64,000 bases of DNA from a virus. The notes under the pieces are model-generated. The model saw nothing but the letters and a program-made list of their open reading frames with translations, had not been told where the DNA came from and made no database searches. The stretch lies in IMG/VR virus record IMGVR_UViG_3300017782_000001; one strand, written 5' to 3'. This document shows positions 55,536 through 64,000 of this stretch, piece by piece; the stretch's first letter is position 1, and every line of letters starts with the position of its first letter. The position numbers were made by a program, and so were the translations under genes.

Positions 55536-55846
55536 TTTCTCTCCGTTAAAATTACTTCGTCTTTTGTTAAAGCGTTTTCCAAAATATCATGTAGAATAGA
55601 TCCACACTCATCTTGAAAAGGAACGTAGTCAGGAGTTAAATCTTTATCCGGACTACTTGCGATTGTAAAGTTAAAGTGCAATGCACCTTCTTTACCATCA
55701 ACAGAAATGTTGCCATATCTAACAACTGTTTCTGAAAATTCTCCAGTTAGAATACGAATATCCCATGCTTGTTCTGCATCCGGTAATTCAGATGCAGGAA
55801 TGATTTCGTAATCAAGGCCTTCTGATTTTTTATCTAAATTAATCAT
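55532..55846 (-). CDS. gp40-like protein
   Basis: Position between uvsX and 41; no strong motif. Confidence 0.5.
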   Translation of the reverse strand: MINLDKKSEGLDYEIIPASELPDAEQAWDIRILTGEFSETVVRYGNISVDGKEGALHFNFTIASSPDKDLTPDYVPFQDECGSILHDILENALTKDEVILTERK

Positions 55847-56894
55847 TTGCTTCTTCTACAATTTCATCCATAGAAACAATTGATTCTGAACCAATTGCAT
55901 ATTGTTTATTTACAAAATCTTTGAAGTCAGTTTCTTCTAAAATTGGTTTCCAAAATTCTGCTTTTAGAGTATCTTTTTCTCTGACCTTGGCATCCATAAG
56001 CTCGCCAGTGCTACGGTCAACGTGACAGTACCAACCATTAGAAGGCTTAGCAACATAGTTACCAGCAAGACCAACGGCGAGCAAACCACTATAAGGCTCA
56101 ACCCCACCTTCCCAAGAAACTGAGATAGGAATTTTTGATTTTTCTTTAACATAACGGCTTTTCTCCACATTAATTACGAAGTGATAGCCTTTAATTTCTG
56201 TACCTACTTTATTTTGTTGGCGACCAAGAATCCAAATATTATCGGCTGAATAATATATGCCAGTACCACCAGAAACAATTGCTTTAGGGAACAAACCAAT
56301 TTCTTGATATGTATGATTAACGGCTAGTAATGGAATATTTTTCATATTAAGATATGGTGTACACATACGAAACAAACCTTTAAGGGCTTTAGCACGTGTC
56401 ATATCTGCTACTGATTTTTCATTTAGTGCATCTTCCATTTCTTTTTTAGATGCTAGGTTACCAATTGAATCAATAACAACAATAACCTTATCGCTTCTGT
56501 CAATATTTTCGAGCTGATGTATTAAATCAAACTTCAGTTCTTCCACATTTGTAATTGGAGTATGTAGTACACGATTGGTATCAATACCAAATTGAGTAAA
56601 GTAACTCTGAGGACTACCAAACTCAGAATCATAAAAAAGCATAACAGCATCTTTATGTTGCTTTAGATATGCTCCAGCCATAAGCAAAGCAAATGACGTT
56701 TTGAAATGTTTAGATGGACCGGCAAGTACAGTAAGTCCTGGAGCTAAACCTCCATCAATAGAACCAGACAAAGCAACGTTAACCATAGGTACGTCTGTTG
56801 GTGTCATATCTTTTTCAGTAAAAAATTTAGATTCAGCCAAAATTTCTGTATGACCAAGTCGTGAGTTTTTCTTAAGCTTGTCCATTACTGACAT
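55839..56894 (-). CDS. uvsX: RecA-like recombinase UvsX
   Basis: AGPSKHFKT, YDSEFG, DSIGNLAS, NHTY, GGTG. Confidence 0.96.
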   Translation of the reverse strand: MSVMDKLKKNSRLGHTEILAESKFFTEKDMTPTDVPMVNVALSGSIDGGLAPGLTVLAGPSKHFKTSFALLMAGAYLKQHKDAVMLFYDSEFGSPQSYFTQFGIDTNRVLHTPITNVEELKFDLIHQLENIDRSDKVIVVIDSIGNLASKKEMEDALNEKSVADMTRAKALKGLFRMCTPYLNMKNIPLLAVNHTYQEIGLFPKAIVSGGTGIYYSADNIWILGRQQNKVGTEIKGYHFVINVEKSRYVKEKSKIPISVSWEGGVEPYSGLLAVGLAGNYVAKPSNGWYCHVDRSTGELMDAKVREKDTLKAEFWKPILEETDFKDFVNKQYAIGSESIVSMDEIVEEAND

Positions 56895-56925
56895 GCATAT
56901 CTCCTATTAATCGATTGTAAGTATT

Positions 56926-56955
56926 ATTATACCATAGTTTTGCTGGTATGTACAC
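56926..56955 (-). promoter_or_regulatory. early promoter
   Basis: GTGTACA-17-TATAAT. Confidence 0.75.
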
Positions 56956-56963
56956 CATTAAAT

Positions 56964-57563
56964 TTATTTTCTAACATACGCATCTATGCCATAAGCCATT
57001 ACAATATTACTATTATGGCGTTCCATATAGTCCACCTGGTCCATTGTAATCTCGCCTTTGTCTAGCTTTGCTTTAATACCTTTATCCAAATATCGATGCC
57101 ACTTCATTGGTACGATATTAATGTTATGAATCATTGCTAGTGGTGTATTTCCTTGATTAAGTCTTGACATTTCTATACAGGTATCTCTATGAAACATGTT
57201 AAATGTTTCTGCCATAATAGGTAACTTATGAGAAGGGTCTTCCCAATAATGATCATGTCTTACATGTGGTATTTCTATTTTAACAAAGCATCCATCTTTA
57301 CCACACCTATATATTTCTTTCATACATTCAATAAATTGTTCGTAATCAAGATGTTCTAAAATATGATAAGCATGAATTTCATCAAAGTAATCATCAGGGA
57401 AATCCCATTGCTGTGAAATGTCCATAACCTTATCAGGGTTACACGTAGAAGTGATGTCTACGTTTATCATTCCTTTGATTTTTTGAGTGCTACACCCTAA
57501 ATTAATTTTAACTAATTCAGGTGGTTTATCATTTAGCCACATTTCATGCCTCCATTCTGCCAT
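56964..57563 (-). CDS. SAM methyltransferase (type 11-like)
   Basis: INLGC, NVD, HILEHL, DPSH. Confidence 0.8.
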   Translation of the reverse strand: MAEWRHEMWLNDKPPELVKINLGCSTQKIKGMINVDITSTCNPDKVMDISQQWDFPDDYFDEIHAYHILEHLDYEQFIECMKEIYRCGKDGCFVKIEIPHVRHDHYWEDPSHKLPIMAETFNMFHRDTCIEMSRLNQGNTPLAMIHNINIVPMKWHRYLDKGIKAKLDKGEITMDQVDYMERHNSNIVMAYGIDAYVRK

Positions 57564-57564
57564 A

Positions 57565-58755
57565 CTACATAAAGACTTCTAATGTGTTAGGCTCAGATTC
57601 ATACCAAAAGGTTTGTGATTTATTGTCTTGAATTGCAAAGTTAGATCCAACCAATTCAATATCATCTTCAACAAATCTTTTAACGTTTGCAGCCATGTCA
57701 GATGCTGTTGTAACTGGAACATTCTGACAAATCATATTTAGATTTTTTACTCCGCCAACCAATTGAAAGTCTTTAGGCATTTTCATAATATCTAAACATT
57801 CTCTAATTGACAAATATCTATCAGCATCTGGGTGTGTAAGCATAATAGGCATATGACCTACAAAGGCTCCAATGTAATCCTTTGGGATTTCAGTAGTCTT
57901 ACGCATAATGTTACCACCTGCTTTTAACTTATCTCCCATACGAATACATTTTTGAGAATGACTTTCGTATCCTTCTTTTATCATCCACTTAGACATATCA
58001 TAATAGTTACCACCGTTATCTTCAAAGTAATGAAGAACATTAGTAGTTTTTTCTATTCTTTTAGCAAATTCTATATGATCAATTCCACCTAACATTTCTT
58101 TTAAGATGAATTGATAAAAAGGATTGTCTGAAGGCTTTTCCTTTTGCACAATGATTTTAGACATAGGATCTTCATCATTTCTTGCAGAAGATCTAATTTG
58201 GTCTTCAATCTTCATATGTGGTCTTTTATAAAATTCGAATTTAGGTACAGCCTTTCCTTTCCAAAAGAAAAAGAATGCTCTATCACGAATTTGACTTAAT
58301 CCATGAAGCAATGATTTTGTTTTATACAAACTAAACGTGTATCCATTGTCTTTGGCGAGTTGTCTTAATTGTTTTACAACAGGCTCACCCATTTTAGATG
58401 CAAGTCTTGGTGCATTCTCACCCCACAATACTTTAGGTTGTACATTTTCAAGAACGTATTGAGAAGATTTAATCATCCAGTCGTTATGTTCGTGATCAGA
58501 GCGTGAACTAACACTAAGACTAGACAAACCTGCGCAAGGACAAACAGAATTGACCACGTCCACTTTAGAAGCGGTATGAGATACTTCATCAAGTTTATAG
58601 TAAGGAATACGATTCCCATAATGATTAAGAAGTTGGCTATCATTTGCTTCAAATCCCGAGTATGATAAAACGTATTCGGGTTCATTACCAAACACGTTTT
58701 CCATAGCAAAAGTTTCACCGCCTATGAGCGGAACAATACTTGCATAACTAGTCAT
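57565..58755 (-). CDS. C5-cytosine DNA methyltransferase-like protein
   Basis: CPCAGLS (motif IV), ENAP (VI), Q.R.R (VIII), R.LS.RE (IX), NVP (X); motif I divergent (PLIGG). Confidence 0.75.
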   Translation of the reverse strand: MTSYASIVPLIGGETFAMENVFGNEPEYVLSYSGFEANDSQLLNHYGNRIPYYKLDEVSHTASKVDVVNSVCPCAGLSSLSVSSRSDHEHNDWMIKSSQYVLENVQPKVLWGENAPRLASKMGEPVVKQLRQLAKDNGYTFSLYKTKSLLHGLSQIRDRAFFFFWKGKAVPKFEFYKRPHMKIEDQIRSSARNDEDPMSKIIVQKEKPSDNPFYQFILKEMLGGIDHIEFAKRIEKTTNVLHYFEDNGGNYYDMSKWMIKEGYESHSQKCIRMGDKLKAGGNIMRKTTEIPKDYIGAFVGHMPIMLTHPDADRYLSIRECLDIMKMPKDFQLVGGVKNLNMICQNVPVTTASDMAANVKRFVEDDIELVGSNFAIQDNKSQTFWYESEPNTLEVFM

Positions 58756-59584
58756 AATTTACATTCTGTTCTTTCTCTCTAGAATCCTTTTCATACGTTG
58801 ACCTAATTTTATTATTGGCTGTAATAACGTCTTTAAGGATAGAGAATTCTGGATCAAAGTATGATAAAGCTTTTGTATCTTTAGGGAAACAAGCACCACC
58901 AAAACCGCGCTTCCCATCAAAGCCAGGTACAATAGTGTGGCTATGACCAATCCTAGGATCATTGGCAATAGCAGAAATAATCCGGTTATAATTTCCATGG
59001 CCGTTAACAGTATCGTAAAACTGATTGAACCAGAGGACTTTTGTAGCGAGGAAACTGTTGATTCCATATTTGATAAGGCTTGCTTCAGCAATTGACACAT
59101 GGAAGACAGGACATGGACGGCAAAGCGAACAGGTTTCGAAAAGCTCTTCGATGAATCTACAAGTGCCTGGGTCACCACCGAATACGTGCATTTTAGGATT
59201 AATAAAGTCTTCATTTGCATTTTTTTCAGTAAGGAATTCAGGGTTATAAACAATTCTATCTCTAGCTAAATTTGCTAGCTCCATCATAATATCAGGAGTC
59301 ACTGTAGATTTAACTACAACAAAACCTTTTGTCTTATCTATTAGTTCTTTAACTACCTTTGTAACAATACTTGCATCGATTTTTCCGTCATCTGACATTG
59401 GTGTAGGTACTGCAACAAAAGTAACATCAGGATCAAATTTTGTTAAGTCGTCTATAGTTGTATCAATATTAGGATCTACAATAAACTTCTTTACATCACG
59501 TTGACTAAAGCCATAGTCAACAGCTTTACCTACAAAGCCGTGACCAACAATGCCAATCAAAGGAGTTCTAGTATGATTAAACAT
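58748..59584 (-). CDS. ugd: UDP-glucose 6-dehydrogenase (short form)
   Basis: GHGFVG, VPTP, KSTV, NPEFL, K...N...A, GFGGACFPKD. Confidence 0.9.
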   Translation of the reverse strand: MFNHTRTPLIGIVGHGFVGKAVDYGFSQRDVKKFIVDPNIDTTIDDLTKFDPDVTFVAVPTPMSDDGKIDASIVTKVVKELIDKTKGFVVVKSTVTPDIMMELANLARDRIVYNPEFLTEKNANEDFINPKMHVFGGDPGTCRFIEELFETCSLCRPCPVFHVSIAEASLIKYGINSFLATKVLWFNQFYDTVNGHGNYNRIISAIANDPRIGHSHTIVPGFDGKRGFGGACFPKDTKALSYFDPEFSILKDVITANNKIRSTYEKDSREKEQNVNYD

Positions 59585-60546
59585 TAATTGACTCCATAAT
59601 ATTTTTTGTACCATGTAATAAATTGACTTACACCTTCTTTAATAGAAGTAGTAGGTTTATATCCAAGTTTTTGAATTTTAGTTGTATCTGACCAAGTTTC
59701 AGGAGTATCGGCAGGATGCGCTGGTGTAAGATTTCTTTCAGCTTTACGTCCAAGATTTTTTTCAATCTCATCTACAAACTCAACCAATTCTACTTGCTCA
59801 CCATAACCAATACAGAAAACTTCATGGTCAACTTCTTGATTATCATTAAGAATATTTTCAGCTACAATCTTAACGCCTTGTACAATATCATCAACGTAAG
59901 TAAAGTCTCGTTTCATATCACCATAGTTGTATAGATCAATAGGCGTACCTGCTACAATACCATCAGCAAACTTAAACAGTGCCATATCTGGTCGACCATA
60001 AGGACCATAGACAGTAAAGAAGCGAAGACCAGCAGATTTTACAACAGTGCTGTGTGCAAACTGACATTCGTTTACATACTTAGACCAACCATACGGATTG
60101 TTTTGTAGGGCTGGACGATCATCTTCATTCCACGGCAAAGGCTGGCCATGCATGACACATGAGCTTGATGCGTATACAATCGGAACTTTATTTCTTTCAG
60201 CGCCTTCAATAAGACGTTGTGTACCTGAAATATTAGTATCAATATATGGCTGTGGTTCTGCCATTGCATGTCGTGGATTTGCATATGCTGCAAGGTGAAT
60301 CACTAAGTCTACATTTTTTAAGATACTATGAAAATTTACATTTTCAATATTACCAACAATTATATTTTCTGGATCTAATCCATTAGCAATAAGTAAAGCT
60401 TCTCTATCATGCTTAAGCTTTGGATCGTAGTAATTGTTAAAGTTGTCAATACCGCTAACGTGATAACCTGCATCCATTAACTTTTTTGCTGTGTGGTATC
60501 CAATCATTCCGGCAATACCGGTTATAAAAATCTTTTTAGGTTTCAT
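59584..60546 (-). CDS. UDP-glucuronate 4-epimerase-like SDR
   Basis: TGIAGMIG, YASSS, Y..SK, RFFTVYGPYGRPDMA, RDFTYVDD. Confidence 0.88.
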   Translation of the reverse strand: MKPKKIFITGIAGMIGYHTAKKLMDAGYHVSGIDNFNNYYDPKLKHDREALLIANGLDPENIIVGNIENVNFHSILKNVDLVIHLAAYANPRHAMAEPQPYIDTNISGTQRLIEGAERNKVPIVYASSSCVMHGQPLPWNEDDRPALQNNPYGWSKYVNECQFAHSTVVKSAGLRFFTVYGPYGRPDMALFKFADGIVAGTPIDLYNYGDMKRDFTYVDDIVQGVKIVAENILNDNQEVDHEVFCIGYGEQVELVEFVDEIEKNLGRKAERNLTPAHPADTPETWSDTTKIQKLGYKPTTSIKEGVSQFITWYKKYYGVN

Positions 60547-61772
60547 ACGAAAAACTCCTCTAGTCCCTGTGATTGATTGTCTGGTGTTTTGTCAATTTTA
60601 TTGAATATATCAGGGAATGACACATCCGGTCCATTGTGCGATGCATAATATTCATAAGCCATTTCACGCCATTCGTCACGCATTACATTATCTTTTCTAA
60701 GCTTATTTATGATTTCAATAGTTTCTGTCCAATCGCTACCTACTTCGCCTGCCCATATCGTACCAGTGTTTTTATCTGCAGTAAGCCTATTGCCAGTTTG
60801 CAAGTGTGTACAATGATCACCAAAAGCTTTTCTAAAAATTGGAACTACACCAACAGCAGCAATTTCTAAGTGAGTAAATTCAATAAAGTTTTGAATGTAT
60901 TCAGGTTGAAGAGTTGTCAACTGAAAACCAAAGCCACAGCGTGACATACGTTCTAGCATTTCAGCATGTTTGAATGCACCGAAAACATAAGCTTTTCCAC
61001 CGGGTGATGTTTGAACATCAAAGTCTTCTGCCATTTCGTGGAATTCAAATTTTTCGCGGATATCAACAAACTGAATTGATTTTTCCATTCCTTCTAATGT
61101 ATACAAAGGATCAGGCAAACTTTTCTGCAAGTCGAACATAACATCGAAACCTTTCCAGTATGCAGACCTGCCAATCCATTTCAAGTGATTAGGATCTTGA
61201 TCTTCAATAGGTTTCCAATATTGTTTACGAATGCTTTCTACATTAACACCATTACAAAAGCTATATGAACTAGCTTTAGCACCAAGATTTCTACAGTAAT
61301 CCATAAAAGGACTTTTAGTAGAATATGATAGAATAACGTTTGCAGATTTGATAACGTCATCAAGTAAAGCATTACGCTTGATTGACATCATTTTGTGATC
61401 GTGTTGAATCATAACTTTTTTAGTCGTGATTCCATTAATCAACTTACCAAAGTTTTCAATACAATCATCAGGGTGACCTTTAGAAGGTAGTGAACCAATA
61501 AGTACTACATCAGCATTATTGCAATCTTCAACAATTAATTCAGTGCCGCAGATCGTATCACCACGAGCAGGTTTATTACCCCACTTCCACTGTTTAATAT
61601 TTTCATCTAAATAATGAGATGCGGCACGTGTCCACTTTTTATCACTAGGTGCATAGACTGTATAATCCCACCCCTGTTTTAGTGCCCAGTCTTTTAGTTC
61701 GAGTGTAAATCGAGTTACGCCGCAGCCTTCAATGCCGCGGCCTAAAATATGTACAACTTTCATACTTTTCAC
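60543..61772 (-). CDS. agt: T4 alpha-glucosyltransferase-like DNA glycosyltransferase (GT-B)
   Basis: N-terminus GRGIEGCGVTRF...DW...DKKWTR matches T4 a-gt RGLEGCGVTKF; QHDH, IGR...WKG, EFTHLE. Confidence 0.82.
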   Translation of the reverse strand: MKSMKVVHILGRGIEGCGVTRFTLELKDWALKQGWDYTVYAPSDKKWTRAASHYLDENIKQWKWGNKPARGDTICGTELIVEDCNNADVVLIGSLPSKGHPDDCIENFGKLINGITTKKVMIQHDHKMMSIKRNALLDDVIKSANVILSYSTKSPFMDYCRNLGAKASSYSFCNGVNVESIRKQYWKPIEDQDPNHLKWIGRSAYWKGFDVMFDLQKSLPDPLYTLEGMEKSIQFVDIREKFEFHEMAEDFDVQTSPGGKAYVFGAFKHAEMLERMSRCGFGFQLTTLQPEYIQNFIEFTHLEIAAVGVVPIFRKAFGDHCTHLQTGNRLTADKNTGTIWAGEVGSDWTETIEIINKLRKDNVMRDEWREMAYEYYASHNGPDVSFPDIFNKIDKTPDNQSQGLEEFFV

Positions 61773-61792
61773 CTGTCTTTATTATAATAGTT

Positions 61793-61822
61793 ATTATATC
61801 ATATATATGAGGGTTTGTACAC
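61793..61822 (-). promoter_or_regulatory. early promoter for agt operon
   Basis: GTGTACA-17-TATAAT. Confidence 0.7.
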
Positions 61823-61829
61823 CAAAAAA

Positions 61830-62324
61830 TTAATCTTTTTTCGGTTTAAGCTTAACAACGTTATCGTTAGATGGTCCGTCATCCAAATCAACAAATTCAT
61901 ATACTATACCTGCTTCGTCAAACATTTCAAATGTTAAGCTTGCAGAGTTTTTCCAATCATCTGGAATAACCTGATCAACCATTACTACTCGTTCAATGCC
62001 TACTTGGATAATACCCTTAGCACAATCGCTACAAACAGGTAAACCATATACGTATAGTGTTGAACCAGCAAGAGATACACCATTCCATGATGAATTATAT
62101 ATGACATTCATTTCTGCATGAACTACATATTTGTACTTTGTTGGTCTATCATTATATCTTTCAGGAAAATCTTCAATGTCTCGTGGAAAGCCGTTATATC
62201 CTTGAGATAAAACTTCACCGTTATGACCAACAGCTACTGCACCAATTTTTCTTGAAGGATCTTTAGACCATGAAGCAATATGCTTAGCCAATTCAAGATA
62301 ACGTTTATCCCACTTATCATACAT
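61830..62324 (-). CDS. cd: dCMP deaminase
   Basis: SKDP...GA, GYNG, HAEMN, VCSDC. Confidence 0.92.
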   Translation of the reverse strand: MYDKWDKRYLELAKHIASWSKDPSRKIGAVAVGHNGEVLSQGYNGFPRDIEDFPERYNDRPTKYKYVVHAEMNVIYNSSWNGVSLAGSTLYVYGLPVCSDCAKGIIQVGIERVVMVDQVIPDDWKNSASLTFEMFDEAGIVYEFVDLDDGPSNDNVVKLKPKKD

Positions 62325-62668
62325 TACGATTTACCACCTGATGTTTTACGTTTAATATCATTGTGATTGAATTCAGCCCAATACAATTCAAAAGCAACGC
62401 CGTCTTCAATTCCAACAAATTGGTGATAGAGACCAGGCTTTACTTTTGTAAAATCGCCAGGATACAAAATAGTTTCATCAACTAATCCTTGATCTGCTTG
62501 CCATACTCTAATCAGCATAGTGCCTGACTCTACATAAAAGCCATTCCACTTAAATTCATGCTTATGTTCTGAACATTGCATTCCTGCTTTATATTCAATT
62601 CGATGGAACTCACATGCACCGTTTGCTTCAACTAATTCTGTTTGACCCCAAACTTTTCCTGCAATCAT
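62324..62668 (-). CDS. cupin (mannose-6-P isomerase-like)
   Basis: KVWG, CSEHKH..K.NGFYV.SG, PG.YHQF. Confidence 0.8.
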   Translation of the reverse strand: MIAGKVWGQTELVEANGACEFHRIEYKAGMQCSEHKHEFKWNGFYVESGTMLIRVWQADQGLVDETILYPGDFTKVKPGLYHQFVGIEDGVAFELYWAEFNHNDIKRKTSGGKS

Positions 62669-63366
62669 GACTTTACCAATTCAAAATGTTTTTCATAAAC
62701 ATGCAAGTTTTGTACTTGCCATGTTATACTACCAACTTTCATATCTTTACGATAGTCTGCGTCAGCAGCACTCATCATGTATTCATAGTTGTATGCTCGA
62801 GTTAATTCTTCTAAAACATACTGCTGCCAAGCATAGTCATTCTTGTATCCGAACACAACATCGTTTGAGCGCATTTGGACCACAGCGTGGATTGAGCCAT
62901 CGCGTAAATAATAAGTGACAGCATTAGTACATATAAAATCATTTTTATCATGTGCATTAAACTCTGACCAAATTGAAGGGCGATTATAAATCATAGAAGC
63001 ACGACGGCTATCCATATTATATAGCAATTCATTTAGAGCATTATCGAATTGACGATAATATGTGTCACTAAAAATTAGTTGACCATAGTTACTATTAATT
63101 TCACCATGCGAGTTTGCTGCGTACTGCCATGCTTTAGGTGGCTCATCACCATAAGGAATGTCATTAATGTTTGTTGAGCAACCAATGTACCAATCGATTT
63201 CTGCATCAATATAGTCTTGATTAGGCGTGCCGAAAATAGCAGGCTCATCTGCAACAAAGCAAGCGCCAAGCATTTCAATAGTTTTTTGACCGGTTCGATC
63301 TACAGTAAACCTTTCACCTTTAAGTGCGTCTATAAAAAACTCACGAATATCACTTACGCTTTGCAT
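62665..63366 (-). CDS. 42: dCMP hydroxymethylase (T4 gp42-like)
   Basis: NSNYG, DFICTN, MRSNDVVFGYKNDYAWQ (Asp at the dCMP-specificity site), NLHVY. Confidence 0.88.
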   Translation of the reverse strand: MQSVSDIREFFIDALKGERFTVDRTGQKTIEMLGACFVADEPAIFGTPNQDYIDAEIDWYIGCSTNINDIPYGDEPPKAWQYAANSHGEINSNYGQLIFSDTYYRQFDNALNELLYNMDSRRASMIYNRPSIWSEFNAHDKNDFICTNAVTYYLRDGSIHAVVQMRSNDVVFGYKNDYAWQQYVLEELTRAYNYEYMMSAADADYRKDMKVGSITWQVQNLHVYEKHFELVKS

Positions 63367-63766
63367 TACTTACTCTCCTTCTTAGACCACTAGTTGAAAA
63401 TCTGTGGTCACGCTTATTAAAATACAATTCAATATCTCGATGTTTACAAATATCTCTACCTGTAAAATCTTTATCTCGGTATTCTTCACCAAGAATTCTT
63501 ACATGGATAGTTTTCATTTGTAGAATATCTTCTAAGTCAGCTTCGTAGTAATAAGGTATGATTTCATCTACATATCTTACTGCAGCTAGCTGCGTGTGTC
63601 TTTCTACAATTGATTGGATAGGCGTGTTTTTAGTGTCACGATCTGCGGTTGGATCTATTTGCAAGGCGCAAATAAGATAATCACATTTAGACTTTGCTTC
63701 ACGTAGCATTTCAATATGGCCAGCGTGAAGCAAATCAAACGTTGATGCTGTAAGGCCTATCTTCAT
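63350..63766 (-). CDS. glycerol-3-phosphate cytidylyltransferase-like (TagD)
   Basis: FDLLHAGH, ER, YVDE, RDH.FSTS. Confidence 0.85.
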   Translation of the reverse strand: MKIGLTASTFDLLHAGHIEMLREAKSKCDYLICALQIDPTADRDTKNTPIQSIVERHTQLAAVRYVDEIIPYYYEADLEDILQMKTIHVRILGEEYRDKDFTGRDICKHRDIELYFNKRDHRFSTSGLRRRVSNAKRK

Positions 63767-64000
63767 TTCTTTGGCCTATTAAACATATCGTTATTAGGAT
63801 CCTGTCCATCCATTTCACCACGCATATATGATACAGCAAAAGACGCATAATTAATAAGATCCATAAACGTATCTTCAAGAGATTCGTGATTAGGTTCTTG
63901 ACCAGACTCAAGTAAAGAAGCAGCACGCATCATTTTACCATGCATGATATCGTAGATAGTATCTACACCTCGACGATAGTGCATAGCTTGCACTACGTTA
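63763..64000 (-). CDS. nucleotide-modification-associated all-alpha domain protein (5' end outside window)
   Basis: K..R....ESLEDTFMDLINYASF. Confidence 0.6.
   Translation of the reverse strand, partial: NVVQAMHYRRGVDTIYDIMHGKMMRAASLLESGQEPNHESLEDTFMDLINYASFAVSYMRGEMDGQDPNNDMFNRPKK

Noticed and set aside
62665-63366. thyA thymidylate synthase
   Set aside because: Has the gp42 signature with Asp at the specificity position, and thyX is present
1-64000. Alternative genetic code, integrase, transposon or rRNA
   Set aside because: Core genes translate full length in the standard code and no such elements were recognised

Overview
This 64-kb window comes from a large, AT-rich, T4-like (probably marine) myovirus genome, and almost all genes lie on the minus strand. 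Core genes: rnh, nrdA (with an internal glutaredoxin domain), nrdB, phoH, thyX, gp41 helicase, uvsX, dCMP deaminase and gp42-type dCMP hydroxymethylase. RNA genes: tRNA-Pro, tRNA-Arg and a circularly permuted two-piece tmRNA. The permuted tmRNA and an ALA synthase (hemA) point to an alphaproteobacterial host (inference). Accessory blocks are a glycosyl/sulfo/methyl-transferase cluster, about 10 late genes with T4-like capsid-targeting N-termini, a 12-kb metabolic island (TctA/TctC, four paralogous methyltransferases, diiron protein, GATase, AsnB-like protein, Rieske-less oxygenase), an inverted late operon of secreted/membrane proteins, and an hmC-glycosylation operon linked to UDP-uronic-acid synthesis. 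About 18 T4-type early promoters are visible, and eight of them share a conserved 5' leader/RBS (ATAAAATGGAAAAGGAAA). The most striking unannotated element is an ~80-nt stem-loop plus terminator at 32260-32340 whose 18-nt loop is the reverse complement of that shared leader: a candidate trans-acting antisense sRNA that could silence a whole class of early genes. All calls come from reading motifs by eye; no database searches or folding programs were run.
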